The notes beneath the pieces were generated by a model. That model saw only the letters and a program-made list of their open reading frames with translations, was not told where the DNA came from and searched no databases. The position numbers and the translations under genes were made by a program. From Acanthaster planci (taxonomy: Eukaryota), in the NCBI RefSeq assembly GCF_001949145.1, contig NW_019091361.1, positions 62,001 to 126,000 of the forward strand: DNA of 64,000 bases, read 5' to 3'. Numbering within the stretch: position 1 is the first letter of the stretch; each line of letters begins with the position of its first letter. Below are positions 12,886 through 58,200 of the stretch, piece after piece.

Positions 12886-13099
12886 AGGCCTAGCCCAGGT
12901 TGGATGTTGTCTTCATTTCATTACAACTGACATCCAGGGTCTAAGACTTATGTACAAAACGACGTCAAAGTTGGTTATAATTTGTTCTTGGTTTACCTTG
13001 TCGAAGAAACTAATTTTCCATGTTTACAATTTCTTCGTGGATGGTTTAGGAATTTCAGAACGAACCATGGACTGCAAAAATGAGGAAAATAAGTGAGAG

Positions 13100-13950
13100 A
13101 CAACGTTACTTTTGTAGACGTAATTCTTCCGTTCTCGAGTTATAAAGTGCACGCACGTTGAATTCGAGCTGCGTGCACGCACATTTCCAGTGGAGGTCTG
13201 TTGCATGCCTGCTACACGGAGGCCGTGACTGGTACCCAGCTTTCACCCGCCTGCTGTCAAGCCTATAAAAAAATTGCAGTTCCGTTTTTGTCGGATCAGG
13301 GGCTTCAAACTAACCAATTAACCCACTATTGGTTCAGCGTTTTAGCTAGCGAGCTGTGCATTCGTCTTTTGCTCGGCCAGTTTGGTGAGATCACGGCCCA
13401 TTTTTTCAAGCACGGCCTAGTGGTACAAATAAAGCCATGCACTACTTAATTCGAGGCTTTTGTAATCTAGATATAAAATCTGAGCTAAAATTCAGTCTTT
13501 TCCCATGCTTTTTCCCCCATCAACCAAGTCCGAAATAAAGTAAGTAAAGTACATGTATGCTGGGACTACAGTTCGGACATACTGTATGTTTGGTTTGAAC
13601 GTATCAACACCGGCAGGCAGGTTTCCTTACTTACAGTTAATGAACTACAGCACTGTATCTATCAACTTGTAACAAAATGAATACAGGGAGCCATACTTGT
13701 TCTCTATGAAGTGTTGAACATGTTTAATTTGTACGTAGAGTTTTATTGGTTAAAGATGTATAAATACCCAATATTGTAGAGATCCGATTTTATTAGAATG
13801 AAAGAGTAACTTATCTTGAAAATTGAGGAATAAAAAAGAGGATTACATTGCGGGCATGATGATGATGATGAACAGGTGAGAGTGATGCTAATTTGATCGG
13901 GAACACCGTACGCAGAGGCAGTACTGGCATGCGCACTTGCGGTAAGTAGC
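13100..13950 (+). promoter_or_regulatory. Probable KLC promoter and non-coding first exon(s)
   Basis: A locally CpG-rich stretch preceding a long CpG-poor region, with consensus GTAAGT donors at 13540 and 13942. The first coding exon begins at an acceptor (22223/22224), so an upstream non-coding exon is expected. Confidence 0.4.
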
Positions 13951-15008
13951 GATTACGCACAAATAATGCTGTTGATTGGCCTTTCCATTTTTATTATTTG
14001 TAAACTAAACATACAATAAGCAGACTGAATTGGTAGCTGGCTGTGACGAGTTGGATTTTAGAGCTAGTCAGATAGCTAGACTGTCAAAGTTTTTAAAAAT
14101 CTCTTCATTCATAATCATAGGATTGTGGGGGTGAAGAGATGCTCTCTTAAAACCCTCAGCCTCACGTACATGTACATGTAGGCCTACATCAAACAGCTAG
14201 AAACTCAAGTTCACGTGTACTGTGTAGTTGTTTGGAGTCCTCTGTAATCATGAGTTCCTTCCGATGTTCTTGTCAATGTTTTTCACCAGTGAAGAAATGT
14301 CACCGAACAGTTTTGTCAGTGGGCTTAAAATTCTTTGGCTTGGGAGGTTGACGTTTATGGTCATGCTGGAGTTCTGTCTGATTATCGGGCAATGGATCCC
14401 AACAATGTGTAATATATCAACATACTCAATCTAAAAATAGGTGATTTTTCATTTTTAAATTCAGGCCCAAGAGATCATGATTGTTAATTGCCATTATTGA
14501 CTGTCATATCAGTCTAATTTATTTTAAAATATATTTATCTGTGCCAGCGCATTTTGGAAAAGTTCTTCAAATCTTAAAAAAAAGTATTCGGTGTAACTTT
14601 TAAAATGGGACAAATCAACAGATATGTATAAATTGCTAGCAACAGAAATATGCCAAAGCCTTGCTGGATTTAATACCCTCGACACGAAACTGCCAGGAGT
14701 CACTTAACTACATGTATATCGAATGTTGTGAACACCTTTTGTCTGTATATTTTAAGTCCACCTGTTAACACACAATACATGCTGAAAAATGGCCAGGATT
14801 TGTACAAATCATGAATTTTAGCTTTCCTGTACTGGCCATAGGAGAATCAGCTTGCATGCAGGTAACTAGGCATGTGTGTACTCGGCAGGGAGATCAATGA
14901 TGCTCATGGCTGAGAACCATGTTGCGCGCTACGTGCTTTATGTGAGTGTTTACAAAATGAATGGATTCGGTTAGACTTGATTTTCGCTGGTTCCACTCAG
15001 AACATATA

Positions 15009-15163
15009 GGGTGCTTTCGAGCGTGCTACTCGCGTTAACAAGTATACTCCTTAGCACTCAAACGGCTGGAGTACGACCCGAAGGTTAGCGAGAGTATACT
15101 CCTGTACCCACAATGCGCATGCATTCTACTTGTGTTAACGGGAGTAACCACGAGAATGCACCC
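15009..15163. mobile_element. Small MITE with GGGTGC termini (PIF/Harbinger-like)
   Basis: gggtgctttcgagcgtgctactcgcgttaacaagta is an imperfect inverted repeat of tacttgtgttaacgggagtaaccacgagaatgcaccc. The TSD is not clean. Confidence 0.5.
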
Positions 15164-17856
15164 AAAGTGTTGCGTGCACACTCTACGAGTTGCATTGGAG
15201 AATGGGTGAAAATAGTCCACGACAATGGTAAAAATTAATGTTACATCCGACTATACATGTATTTTACGGTTTTTGTCTTTGGTGGTGATATGTCAAATTT
15301 CTTATCCCACCAGCTGTGGAAATAAGGACGTGTAGGAGTTACAGACGTCAAATTGGCTCTTTGGAAAAGGTAGAATTGTTGACAATTTTAGTTATAGAAT
15401 TTTTTGCCCAGTTTTGCACCCTTTATATCCTGGACTCCTTCTGTAACGTAGTACGGTCAGGGAGTCCACCTGGGCTAGTCCTACATGTAATTACAAATTA
15501 TCACCTGAAATGGGATGCCTGGTCATGTTGGCCACTGTCATGCAGGTGGATAAGTGGTTTAGGCATGTTGAGTGGGGGAAACTGGAAAAAACCTTGTTGA
15601 GTATTTACTTTGGTATATTCTATATTGCATTTGAGGTCAAAAGGTCAAGGGTCAAGGTCAAAATGGTTAAAACAACAGAAATCTTGTCAGCACAATAAAT
15701 TGAGAGCTACACTACAGTACTTGACATGTGGGTTTACATGTAAATTTGGTTCATGGATTGTTGTTGGTAGTCCTAAGGAATCTAGTGCATTTGGTGCACC
15801 AGGTTGTTGGGCACTTTTTGCCGTACTACATTTTTGGCACATTACAAGAAAGACTGACAGTCTTTCAGCATTTTGACCTTTTCTTGGCTGTGCTACAAGA
15901 AACAATTAAGCTCTTGGATCTTTTGTTACAACAGATAAATGGTGGATCTACAGTAAATATTTGTAGTACTGTAGGTCTACAGCAATATGGTGAACACAAA
16001 AACATTTATACCTTGATCGGATGTATGTTTTTAACCCTATATGTACGTATATTGTACCAGTTCATGTAGCTTAGTACTACAGCTAAAAATACTCTGGCCG
16101 ACACTGTACGTGTACTGTACATGTGTTCATGAACATGTACCGGTAATTATTATAACTTATTAATTACATACTGTAGGACAAATTTTATTTGTACTACATG
16201 CGTCTTAGTTTTTATGAAAAATTTTTCACTCAGAAGATGAAAAACATTTTGAGAAGTTGAGAACATTTTGAGAAACAAGTTACAGGCTTCATTCTTTACA
16301 GTAGCCACCAGCAGCCACTGCTGCGATGCCCCAGTGAATTATCGTGATGCCCTCTGAAAATAGCATGTACATGTACCTTCCAGCCACTTGGCCTACGTGC
16401 CCCTCTTCAATGATCACTATATGTAGGCGCCCATGTATTTTAAAAGTGTATTCCACTTTCAAGTTACCCTTTAGTGCCAGCATTTCTATCAACGGTCAGC
16501 CAGCCGCACTGAGCACTATTTTTTTCACGGACTTTGTTTTGCATCGCCCTGTAGACAACATGGTGTAGCAACCATATCAACGTACACACACATGTAGTTG
16601 GGTTATGTGATTCTAAAAAGTCACACCAGACTACTTTTATACATACGATAGACTGGTTACAAGTCACACCACAGAATTACACATTCTGCACCTTTGGATT
16701 CTGTACATTGCGTTGAGACCGAGTCACTATTTTTTTGCGAATTGTGGATGGGAGTACTCGAGTATGACTCAGTGTATTTTTTCCTCGCTATTTCACTGTA
16801 CTGGTATGTATTTACGCGGGGTCCAGCTGGGTTCTATATTGGATAAATGTTTGTGACTCGACGACCGACTTGCTTGAATTGCATTGTTTGTGAGTAATTA
16901 CATTGATTTTCATTATACAGTGTTGCCTTTATGGCATCATGAAAGGTAATTAGACACAACACCAAAATGGTAAATTAAAGTTAGTACAGTATTATTTCTT
17001 TTTATTTTTTACAATTGAACCAGACTGCTCAGCATGTGAACAGAAACAATGAAACTTGCAGGTTGAAAGTTAAATAATGTGTTGAATTTGAAGGAAAGTC
17101 TGTCAAAGTCACCAACAAGTAAAAGTTTCAAAATGGTCTCAGTGCCCTTTCAGTTGGCCTTGGTGCCCTTTGGTTTTTGGGAGCATTCAAGGCCAAAGTG
17201 GCCTTGACCCTCTGAAGCTTAAGGTTGAAGACAAGTTGAGAACTGCATACGTTTTTTAAGTAACTGGTGATGTACGTACATATTATGGTGGATGGCTTCT
17301 GCTAAGGGACAACTTTAGATAGCACCATTTAAATAGTGTACATTGTGTTGGGGTGTGGCACCTCGAGAAATATTTTCAAATTAAATAGATAATTTTCTAA
17401 GAGTTAAAGTAAGAGTGCATTTGTTGTGAACTTTCCAAGGAGGTTGGACTTCAGTAGCATCCTGCTCTGTGTGGTACTGCTACATGTAATTGAAATTACG
17501 GAACGTACATGTACGGTAGAAGCGAAGACAACCAAGAGCTAATGTACAACAGGTACATGTACCCATGCGTTTGTAATCTCAGCACCACATTGCGAGTGCG
17601 TGTACATGTACAGTATGCTTGTGTATGCAATGCAACCACTTGCACGAGTTGCTACAGGTACAAGACTGCTTACAGGTACAAGTTGAAACTCATGATGCAT
17701 GATACATGTACATGTGCTGTAGCTGGCCGCGTCACTAGATGTATGATTAGTGACAGAGGTTTCGTGCAGAACTTGTTGAGCTGTTTTGCACTTCAGCACA
17801 GTACTAAAGACTACTGTTTAAACTGCTTAATCTGATCCATTTAAAGGCCTACTGCA

Positions 17857-18398
17857 CAGTAAAGTCAAGAATTTTCTGCTTTCTGAAGTCAAATTCTGCT
17901 TTCTTCGGCTTTCTAAATTTTGTGTACAAAAACTGTGTGTGACTGTACATCTGTACTGTAGGCCTACATTTACCGTACATCTACAGGTATCTTTGGCATA
18001 ATGATACATGCAGGGCCTACATGCACTATGCTACTGTGATCTTGGTCTGGTCCCTGTCCCTATTGATCTATTCATAAAGCCATGAGACGTCTGGGCACTA
18101 TGTACAGAACGGGGACCCCTGTGATCTCCGCGTTGCGGAGCCGGAGTAAATCAATACCAAATTCTGCGATATCGCAAAGGAAAAATAGGAGGGGAAACGC
18201 CACAAATGTTACTTTCAAAATGAGTTAAACAGTAAAAAATGAGTTGTCGTTCCTAATTTGGGTTCATATTTATTTGATTGATTGTGTAGAAACATCAAAA
18301 ATATTTTTTTTTTCTGAGAATTGCATTTTCCGTTTTCTTCCCCCAAATCCACGATTTTTGCTGATTTTCCGCAAAGCGGAAAACTCTTGACTTTACTG
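17857..18398. mobile_element. MITE with CAG...CTG termini (hAT-like)
   Basis: The left end cagtaaagtcaagaattttctgcttt matches the right-end reverse complement cagtaaagtcaagagttttccgcttt at 24/26. There is no clear TSD. Confidence 0.6.
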
Positions 18399-20504
18399 TA
18401 CAGTTACATACGTGTACGATCTAGCAACTTCATTTGCTAAAGGACGACATATTCCTTCAAAATTCACACAGAAAAGAAAATCAATCTATATTTTGAAAAG
18501 CAGGACAGTACAGCTTCAACAAAATTAATTAGAACTGTGGAAAAAAAGGTTTCAACTTACCCCATGGTCCAACTATGTCTTCCTGATTTAACCTCAAATT
18601 TAACTTATTACTAAATTAACTCATTTTAGTTTGAATTTGGTTGGGTAAATTGTATTGAAATTCACAAATTTTCCTAAGCTTGTAAATCTTGTTTATACTG
18701 ATGAATTAGAATCTGAACATGCCAATGTTATGACATACATGTACAAGTAGGTACATGTACACGCACACATGTGCACTGGTACAGTCAATGGATATTTTCA
18801 TGTACATGTCCATGTACAGTATACATGTACATGTACTCAGGCATTGTATCAAATTGTATACTGACGTACATGTAATGTACATGTAGATACATCTACATGT
18901 CCATATACGGTACACAGCATCAAGGACAATGATTTGTGCTGATATTGCCTCGGTTACTGTACATGTACATATATGTACATGTAAATTTTTATAACGGTGC
19001 ATGTTCATCATACTAATGGATTATGCTAAGCTGACAGAGATATGACCTACTGGTACCTGATAATGAGTACATTATTTTACATTTTAAAATACTACATGTA
19101 CTGGTTTACTGTACGTGTGTTAATTCATACTTTCCATGTTTGAAGGATACCATATCATTTGCGTACATATACCTGTATCTTCGTTCTGACAGGTTATCTT
19201 TTTGAAAACGTAATAAGAAAAAACAAACAACTTGGAAGAGAATTCTTTGGCCCATTAGGGGTCCCTTTTGATTAAAAAAAATTCTGTGTACAGTACATCG
19301 TCTACAAGTGTTAACACACCCTTGCAATCCTCATACATGTACTTAAAGGCAGACACCTGAGTAATATTTTAAGCAAAAAGGCCACAAGGCACAACCTCTG
19401 ACGAATCAGAAAACGGATGACGTCAGGTGACGGAAAGAGCATTTTTTTCCCTACCCAGCCCAGAGGGGTAAAATCAGTAGGCAGACACATACGTGTACAT
19501 GTACACAAGTATTGCGATCTTATGCATGCATCGTCGTAGACAAACGCTAGTGATGATGATGAGGAGGATGATGCTATGCTTAGATACAAGGGAGTGGTAA
19601 TAAGATGAGGCAGATGGCTTGATCTACATGTATGGTGCAAGAAAATAGGATTTTATATGTGTGTGTGTGCGTGTCACACTATTAAAACAGGTAGGTTGAG
19701 TGGTTGTCGGTATTAAGTGGTGAACAATGAAGAGTCAAAAATCATGCTGCCTTTGCTCTGACTTTTAGCAATACAAACTGTGTCATTTTTTTCTGTTAGT
19801 CATTGTTTCTATGAAACTATGATTGGCAAATCTGCTGTTCTCAAAATACCCAATATGTACATATAACAGGAGGCCTGAATGTATGGACAGGTACCATTGA
19901 AATTGCACAGTGCACATGTACCTATGTAAACTGTTACATGTAATGAAATACCCTTTCCTGCAAGCAGGCACATGTACATTTATTACGACATTTCAGGTGT
20001 GCATAGAAACTTGTACATGTACCATGCACATACATTGGATGTATCGTACAGTAATACCGGTACATGTACGCATGTACGTACTAACCGTATGTATGTAGTG
20101 GGACTACTTTAAGGTAATAAGGTATATTGCATCATGGCTGCATTAAGGGTTATTACAAGTATGTGTAATGGTCCTTAGCAGCCTACGTTGTATTCAAGAC
20201 AATCCTACCGTAGATAAAAAAACTGAGAGCATGCATGCATGTACATGTACATTACATATATACATACATGTACACTTCAGATCTGTACATGTACATACAT
20301 ACCGGACACACCTGCCTGTACGTACAGGTGTACATGTACATGTACTGTAGATGTGCTGTTAAAGACATGACAGTAACACATGTACATGTGTACATGAACT
20401 TACGGTACTCGTTCATGTACATAATGTATACATGTATTTTAGAATTAGTCATGCACAACTTTATTTGTCTTGATTTGTTTTTTATATCGAACAAGTACCG
20501 GTAT

Positions 20505-20790
20505 GTTTCATCACCACTCTCGAGATCGGTTGCACCAAAGATTCTGAATAATCTCCCATACACCATCACAGCTGCTGATTCTTAATTGAGACACATTCAG
20601 GTCCATGCTAAAAGGCACATCTCCTTGCCCAACTGTAGTTTTGAGCCCTCTTTGTTCACACACAATCATTGACATTCAGACTACTAACTGTGATAATGGT
20701 GGGAATCAGAGCCAATTGCCGTGATGAGTGCCTTATATGTCAGATAGGGGTTCTATAGTGTAAATTATTATTATGATTATTATTTATTTA
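20505..20790 (+). mobile_element. 3' fragment of an L2/CR1-group LINE
   Basis: Translates to SVAPKILNNLPYTITAADS and then, frameshifted, to RSMLK-type sequence, resembling the L2 ORF2 C-terminus (APKLWNSLP...FKSxLKTHL). It ends in an (ATT)n-like tail. Confidence 0.55.
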
Positions 20791-21842
20791 ACCTCAACAA
20801 CAAAACAACAAACATCCAAAAGAGATACATTGTAAGCAGTAGCAGAAAACAAACAAGCAAAAACAAAACAATATAAGGTAAAATAAAGGTACACATACAG
20901 TGCAAACAGGCAACTAGATAAAACAGCCAGGATGCGATCAAAACGAGACGGAGCTTGATGTATGTGAGGAGCACATGGGTGTGAGAAACTGAAAATGATC
21001 TCTGACATATACACCCCTCAGAAGAAAAGACAGGACAAAATGAGAAGGCCTAGACTATGCGGGTCAGGGAAGATAAAGTAAATTTAATTACTGTTGCTTG
21101 AAAAAAAGTCACCCCGCACAGTACATTACACACACCTGCATGTTCCATCCACTGTATATGTACATATAAGTCTGGGTAGAAATTAACATTGTAGTTATAA
21201 GTACATAAATGTACATGTACATGTTAAGTGCTTGTACATGTACATGTACATTGTACTGAACGTACATGTAAATGCATATAGTGCAGTGCATTAACCCTAA
21301 CTTTCCCTAATCACACAGAATTCAACACCAGTAAAGTGTGTGAATTTGTGGCACTGGGTACTGTACCCCTAAACTGCTCGTGCATGACATGGGTTCAGGC
21401 ATACCCAAAATAAACAGAGGCCAACAGTTTTTGTGCACAGTTTACCATATGGTGTTGGAATGTGTGTGAATGGGTATGGTTCCTAGTAAGTCACTCAGGG
21501 GAGTTAGGGTTAAAATCTCAAAATGTACCAGTATTCACTCTATGCTGGCTGCCACCATCCGTAGGCATGCACAGCCTGGATCTGGCAGCTTTGCACAACA
21601 AATATTGCCAATTCAGTGATTCCTGTGGGGTATATTGCTCTGTAATTTTGTGTGTGCTGTGTTACTCAGTCAGTCAGTTATACCATGTGATTGGATAGTG
21701 TGTTAAAAAGCTGCGTTGACATGATACTGTCGCGATTGTACATGTACAAGCTGCCACTTCGAGGCTTTGCATGCTTACGGCGGCAGTGTGCAAAGAGCAA
21801 ATGCCATACACTAGCAGTACATGCATATTCAGTATCGGCAAT

Positions 21843-22088
21843 CACGGAGGTATATAAAAAACCTGGACTTGCAACACCTTTGTGTGAAAAAGAAGCCAAC
21901 CAGCGGCCATTTTACCGAGCCGAATACAAAAGCGTGGGTTGGCTCCCTTCTGTTGACGTCAGGAAGCACAAAGGCGGGCATTGCCAGGAAAGTCTTGTAT
22001 TCGGCTCGGTAAAATGGCCGCGAGTGGATTCAATGACTCTATAAGCTGAAGGGCATTGCGAGTCCAGATTTTATTATACAAGTCCGTG
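21843..22088. mobile_element. MITE with CA...TG ends and 8-bp TSD (P-element- or hAT-like)
   Basis: Termini are cacgga/tccgtg and the flanks tcggcaat vs tcagcaat match at 7/8. A perfect internal 27-bp inverted repeat lies at 21903-21929 / 21995-22021. Confidence 0.8.
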
Positions 22089-22263
22089 TCAGCAATGCCT
22101 AAATGCCCTGGAACAGCACATGTACATGTACATTGTAGCTTTTATGTGCATACATAGGCAGGTACATACTGTATGCATATACAGTCCTCTAAAATCTTGA
22201 TTCCTTTTTGTTTATCTTTGCAGATACACTGACTGAAATTCTTCCCCTGTATCGTGTCCCACC

Positions 22264-55261
<32,998 letters not shown>

Positions 55262-58200
55262 CCAATCAACACTCCTCCAGCCTCTGTAACATAAACAGAT
55301 CCTTCCTTGCTACCAATATGTCGTCACTGTGGCTTGAACTGCACCCTGGTTACCAGCCATTTCCTGTGTATTTTTTCAGAAACGGATGTAAATGTCAGTG
55401 TTCTATTTGCATTCTAGTGTAAACTGCAGTTAATTGAATTGTATAAAATAGAAAGGTACTGTAATCCAGGAGACTTGGTGGCAGTGTTTAGTGAAAGCAT
55501 GGTACATGGTTGTATGAAATCAGTAGCTCTTTAGAAACAGAGTATGAAGCAGAGTCTACCGTTGCTATGAAATTATAACTTACAAGGTAAGTTTGTAACA
55601 TAATCTTGGATCAGGTTTTTTTTTGTTATCCCCTGTTGGTTGTTCAATATTTAAAAGGATGAGGTCTGCAGCTCTGATCTTTGTGATGACTTCCCAGTTG
55701 CTTACCTAAAAAGGTCCACTGCCCATTGAATGTATTTGTGTGTACATTTATATGAAATGGCTACAAATGTATTTGTGTCATCAATGTGTTGGGTTTTTCT
55801 GTTGATTTTGTTTGTCTTTACCACTTTGTTTTTGTTTTGTAGATGATTTACTAAGTGTTGATATAAAAGGAGTGCAGGAACAAGTCGAGGAGCCTCCAGT
55901 TATTTGAAAAGGTTGAAGACGTTCAGTTGTTGATGCTTTCTTTCACGTATTTCAGGGAATATTCTTGGACTTTTCTCTTGGCTTGAACCTTTAGGTTTCA
56001 AAAACAACATACAGCCATACATATAGCAACTAACCTCACTTACTCTTACGCTCGCTCTTGACCTTTTTTGGCATAGGAAAATATACAGGCATCTAAAAAC
56101 GAAAGCAATGTTAGTGGTTAATGGTGGAGCACTGCCTTAACTGCCAAACAAAATCTTCGCATGTCTATTATTTAAGCACCTGTCATACTCAGTTTGTGAA
56201 AACTGAGCTGTAAAATCTAGCTGCGCTTGAAATGCAAGTTGAGGGATAAATTTCAAAAAGCTGTTGCCAACACTGGAAGGATTCGCTTGGAAAAAGATAT
56301 CCTGTTGAGATGTCATGCACTTTGCATTGCTGCGTACTGTTTCAATAACAAGTTCAGCCATTTGCATGAATGCATGTGGTGACACAAACATTCATCCCAA
56401 GCCAAGTGGTTGTGAATTAGCTTCACTGAGTTGAATTTTGTCAGAAGCTGCCTTTATTTTGGAAAGTTGCCAATGAGTATTCCCTTTTCACGTTCTCAAC
56501 AACAATACATAAAACATAATGTGGAGAAATCTTCATGGGTCATCTGTGACATGGGTTGATTCATTCTCATTTTTAGTAATCAGCATTCATTGACAGGTCA
56601 CCACGCAAGTCATTTAATACATATACATGAACACTGTCAATTGGCTACTCAGTCAGCATTCTTGGAAATGAGATCACAAAGCATGCTTTCCTGTATACAA
56701 ATAACATCGTATGGGATAAATGAAAAGCTATGAGACAAATAGACACCTGTTGTTTCCTGTCTTCTTGGCTTGATCTGGAGGCTCAATGTGCTTTTGGCCT
56801 TGTCTGTTTGCATCTTACAGTCTGTCTCTAGATACGAGTGGTGCTGGGTAGAAAATAGTCTGAACAAACCATTTCCTGAATTGTCAGGTTAAATGAATAA
56901 ATAAGCCTATACGACATTTATTTGACCCATTTTGTTTTTATTTTCAGAATTTTGATGCCGGTAAATTTCTACCTGTATATTCAAACAACAGGGAATGGGG
57001 AAGAGAATAGTTTGGTTTCAGACAGAGAGTTAGGTTTGGGATGGAATGGTCAAGATATTTATAAGTGTCTGGTTCAGATTAAACTTACAAATCCATTACT
57101 CATTGTACTGAAGACTCTGGCTTTTGTGATGTTAAGCAGTTGAAGCTAAAACACATCAATACCCCCCTCTTCAGTTCATGCTACTCCACCACAGTCTATA
57201 AATCAAGTCTCCACAAGTCAGTCTCAGGTCATCCAGTTTCAAATTTGCATTAGTACAGTAGTTCAAAGGTGAGATTGAGTCAAGTTTTTTCTGATTTCAT
57301 GATTTTTTCATCAGGATTTTTCAAACAATTGAGAAAATGCCAAGATTCTCATAAAGGTTTTTCTGCTAAAAGTTAATATGGAACACACAAATGGGTATTT
57401 TAAGGAGTTCCTTTAGGAAGACACAAATGTATACCATAGACCCTGGTGTGCTGCTGCGGGACCCTCAAATCCTCTGGTGATTATTTTGTGACTATTTTGA
57501 GTTGTAGCCCAAGCATGTTTTTTTTATCATTTAGGGCAGTTCTTTCAGTTTGACTTGTGATTCATGTAAATTCAACTAAGGCTACGTGTACATTCCTTTC
57601 CCAACCCTGGTCACCAGTAGAAAGACATGTACATGTATTTCATTCTATTTATTTGACCAATTCCAGGAAATTCATTCTCAAACCAACTCTCTGCATCTGT
57701 TTTTAACCAGGCACCATTGTTGCATCATTCTCATGATTTTTCACTGCATCTGCCATACAAGTCTCCTATCACATCATGTATATATAGTAAGAAACCTTGT
57801 TGTAAAACTGGTGTAGTCATGTGGAAGGTGTGGTTTGTAATTTGGGGATTTTGGGGGGATAGCAGGGTTTTGTCAGTTGTAATATAAGCTGATGGCTTTG
57901 CTTGGTAAGTCGTAGCTTCAGGACTGTGAAGAGTTACCTATTGGCATAAAAATTGAACCTACATGTATAACTAAGATTAGTAAGCAAACTTGTGTGTGTA
58001 CATAATGTTTAACTGACTTCAAAACAAAGAGGAAATTTGTCAAGAAAATTGAATTTAAAATGAATAGGATGTGCAGTGCATGAAACCACAAGATGAGATT
58101 TGATAGCTGAGCTAAATCCAACTTACTCTGGCTTTTCCAACCATTTCTTCTTCATATACGACAAAGGTCTCGCAGACATTTGAAAAAAAAAAGTTTCAAG

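Noticed and set aside
19418..19425. Perfect CRE palindrome TGACGTCA in the probable first KLC intron
   Set aside because: A single 8-mer is expected by chance in 64 kb, and there is no independent evidence of function.
20790..21110. A-rich segment resembling a reverse-oriented LINE 3'UTR (similar stretches at ~1050-1270 and ~27550-27790)
   Set aside because: Suggested by composition only, with no coding remnant to support a classification.
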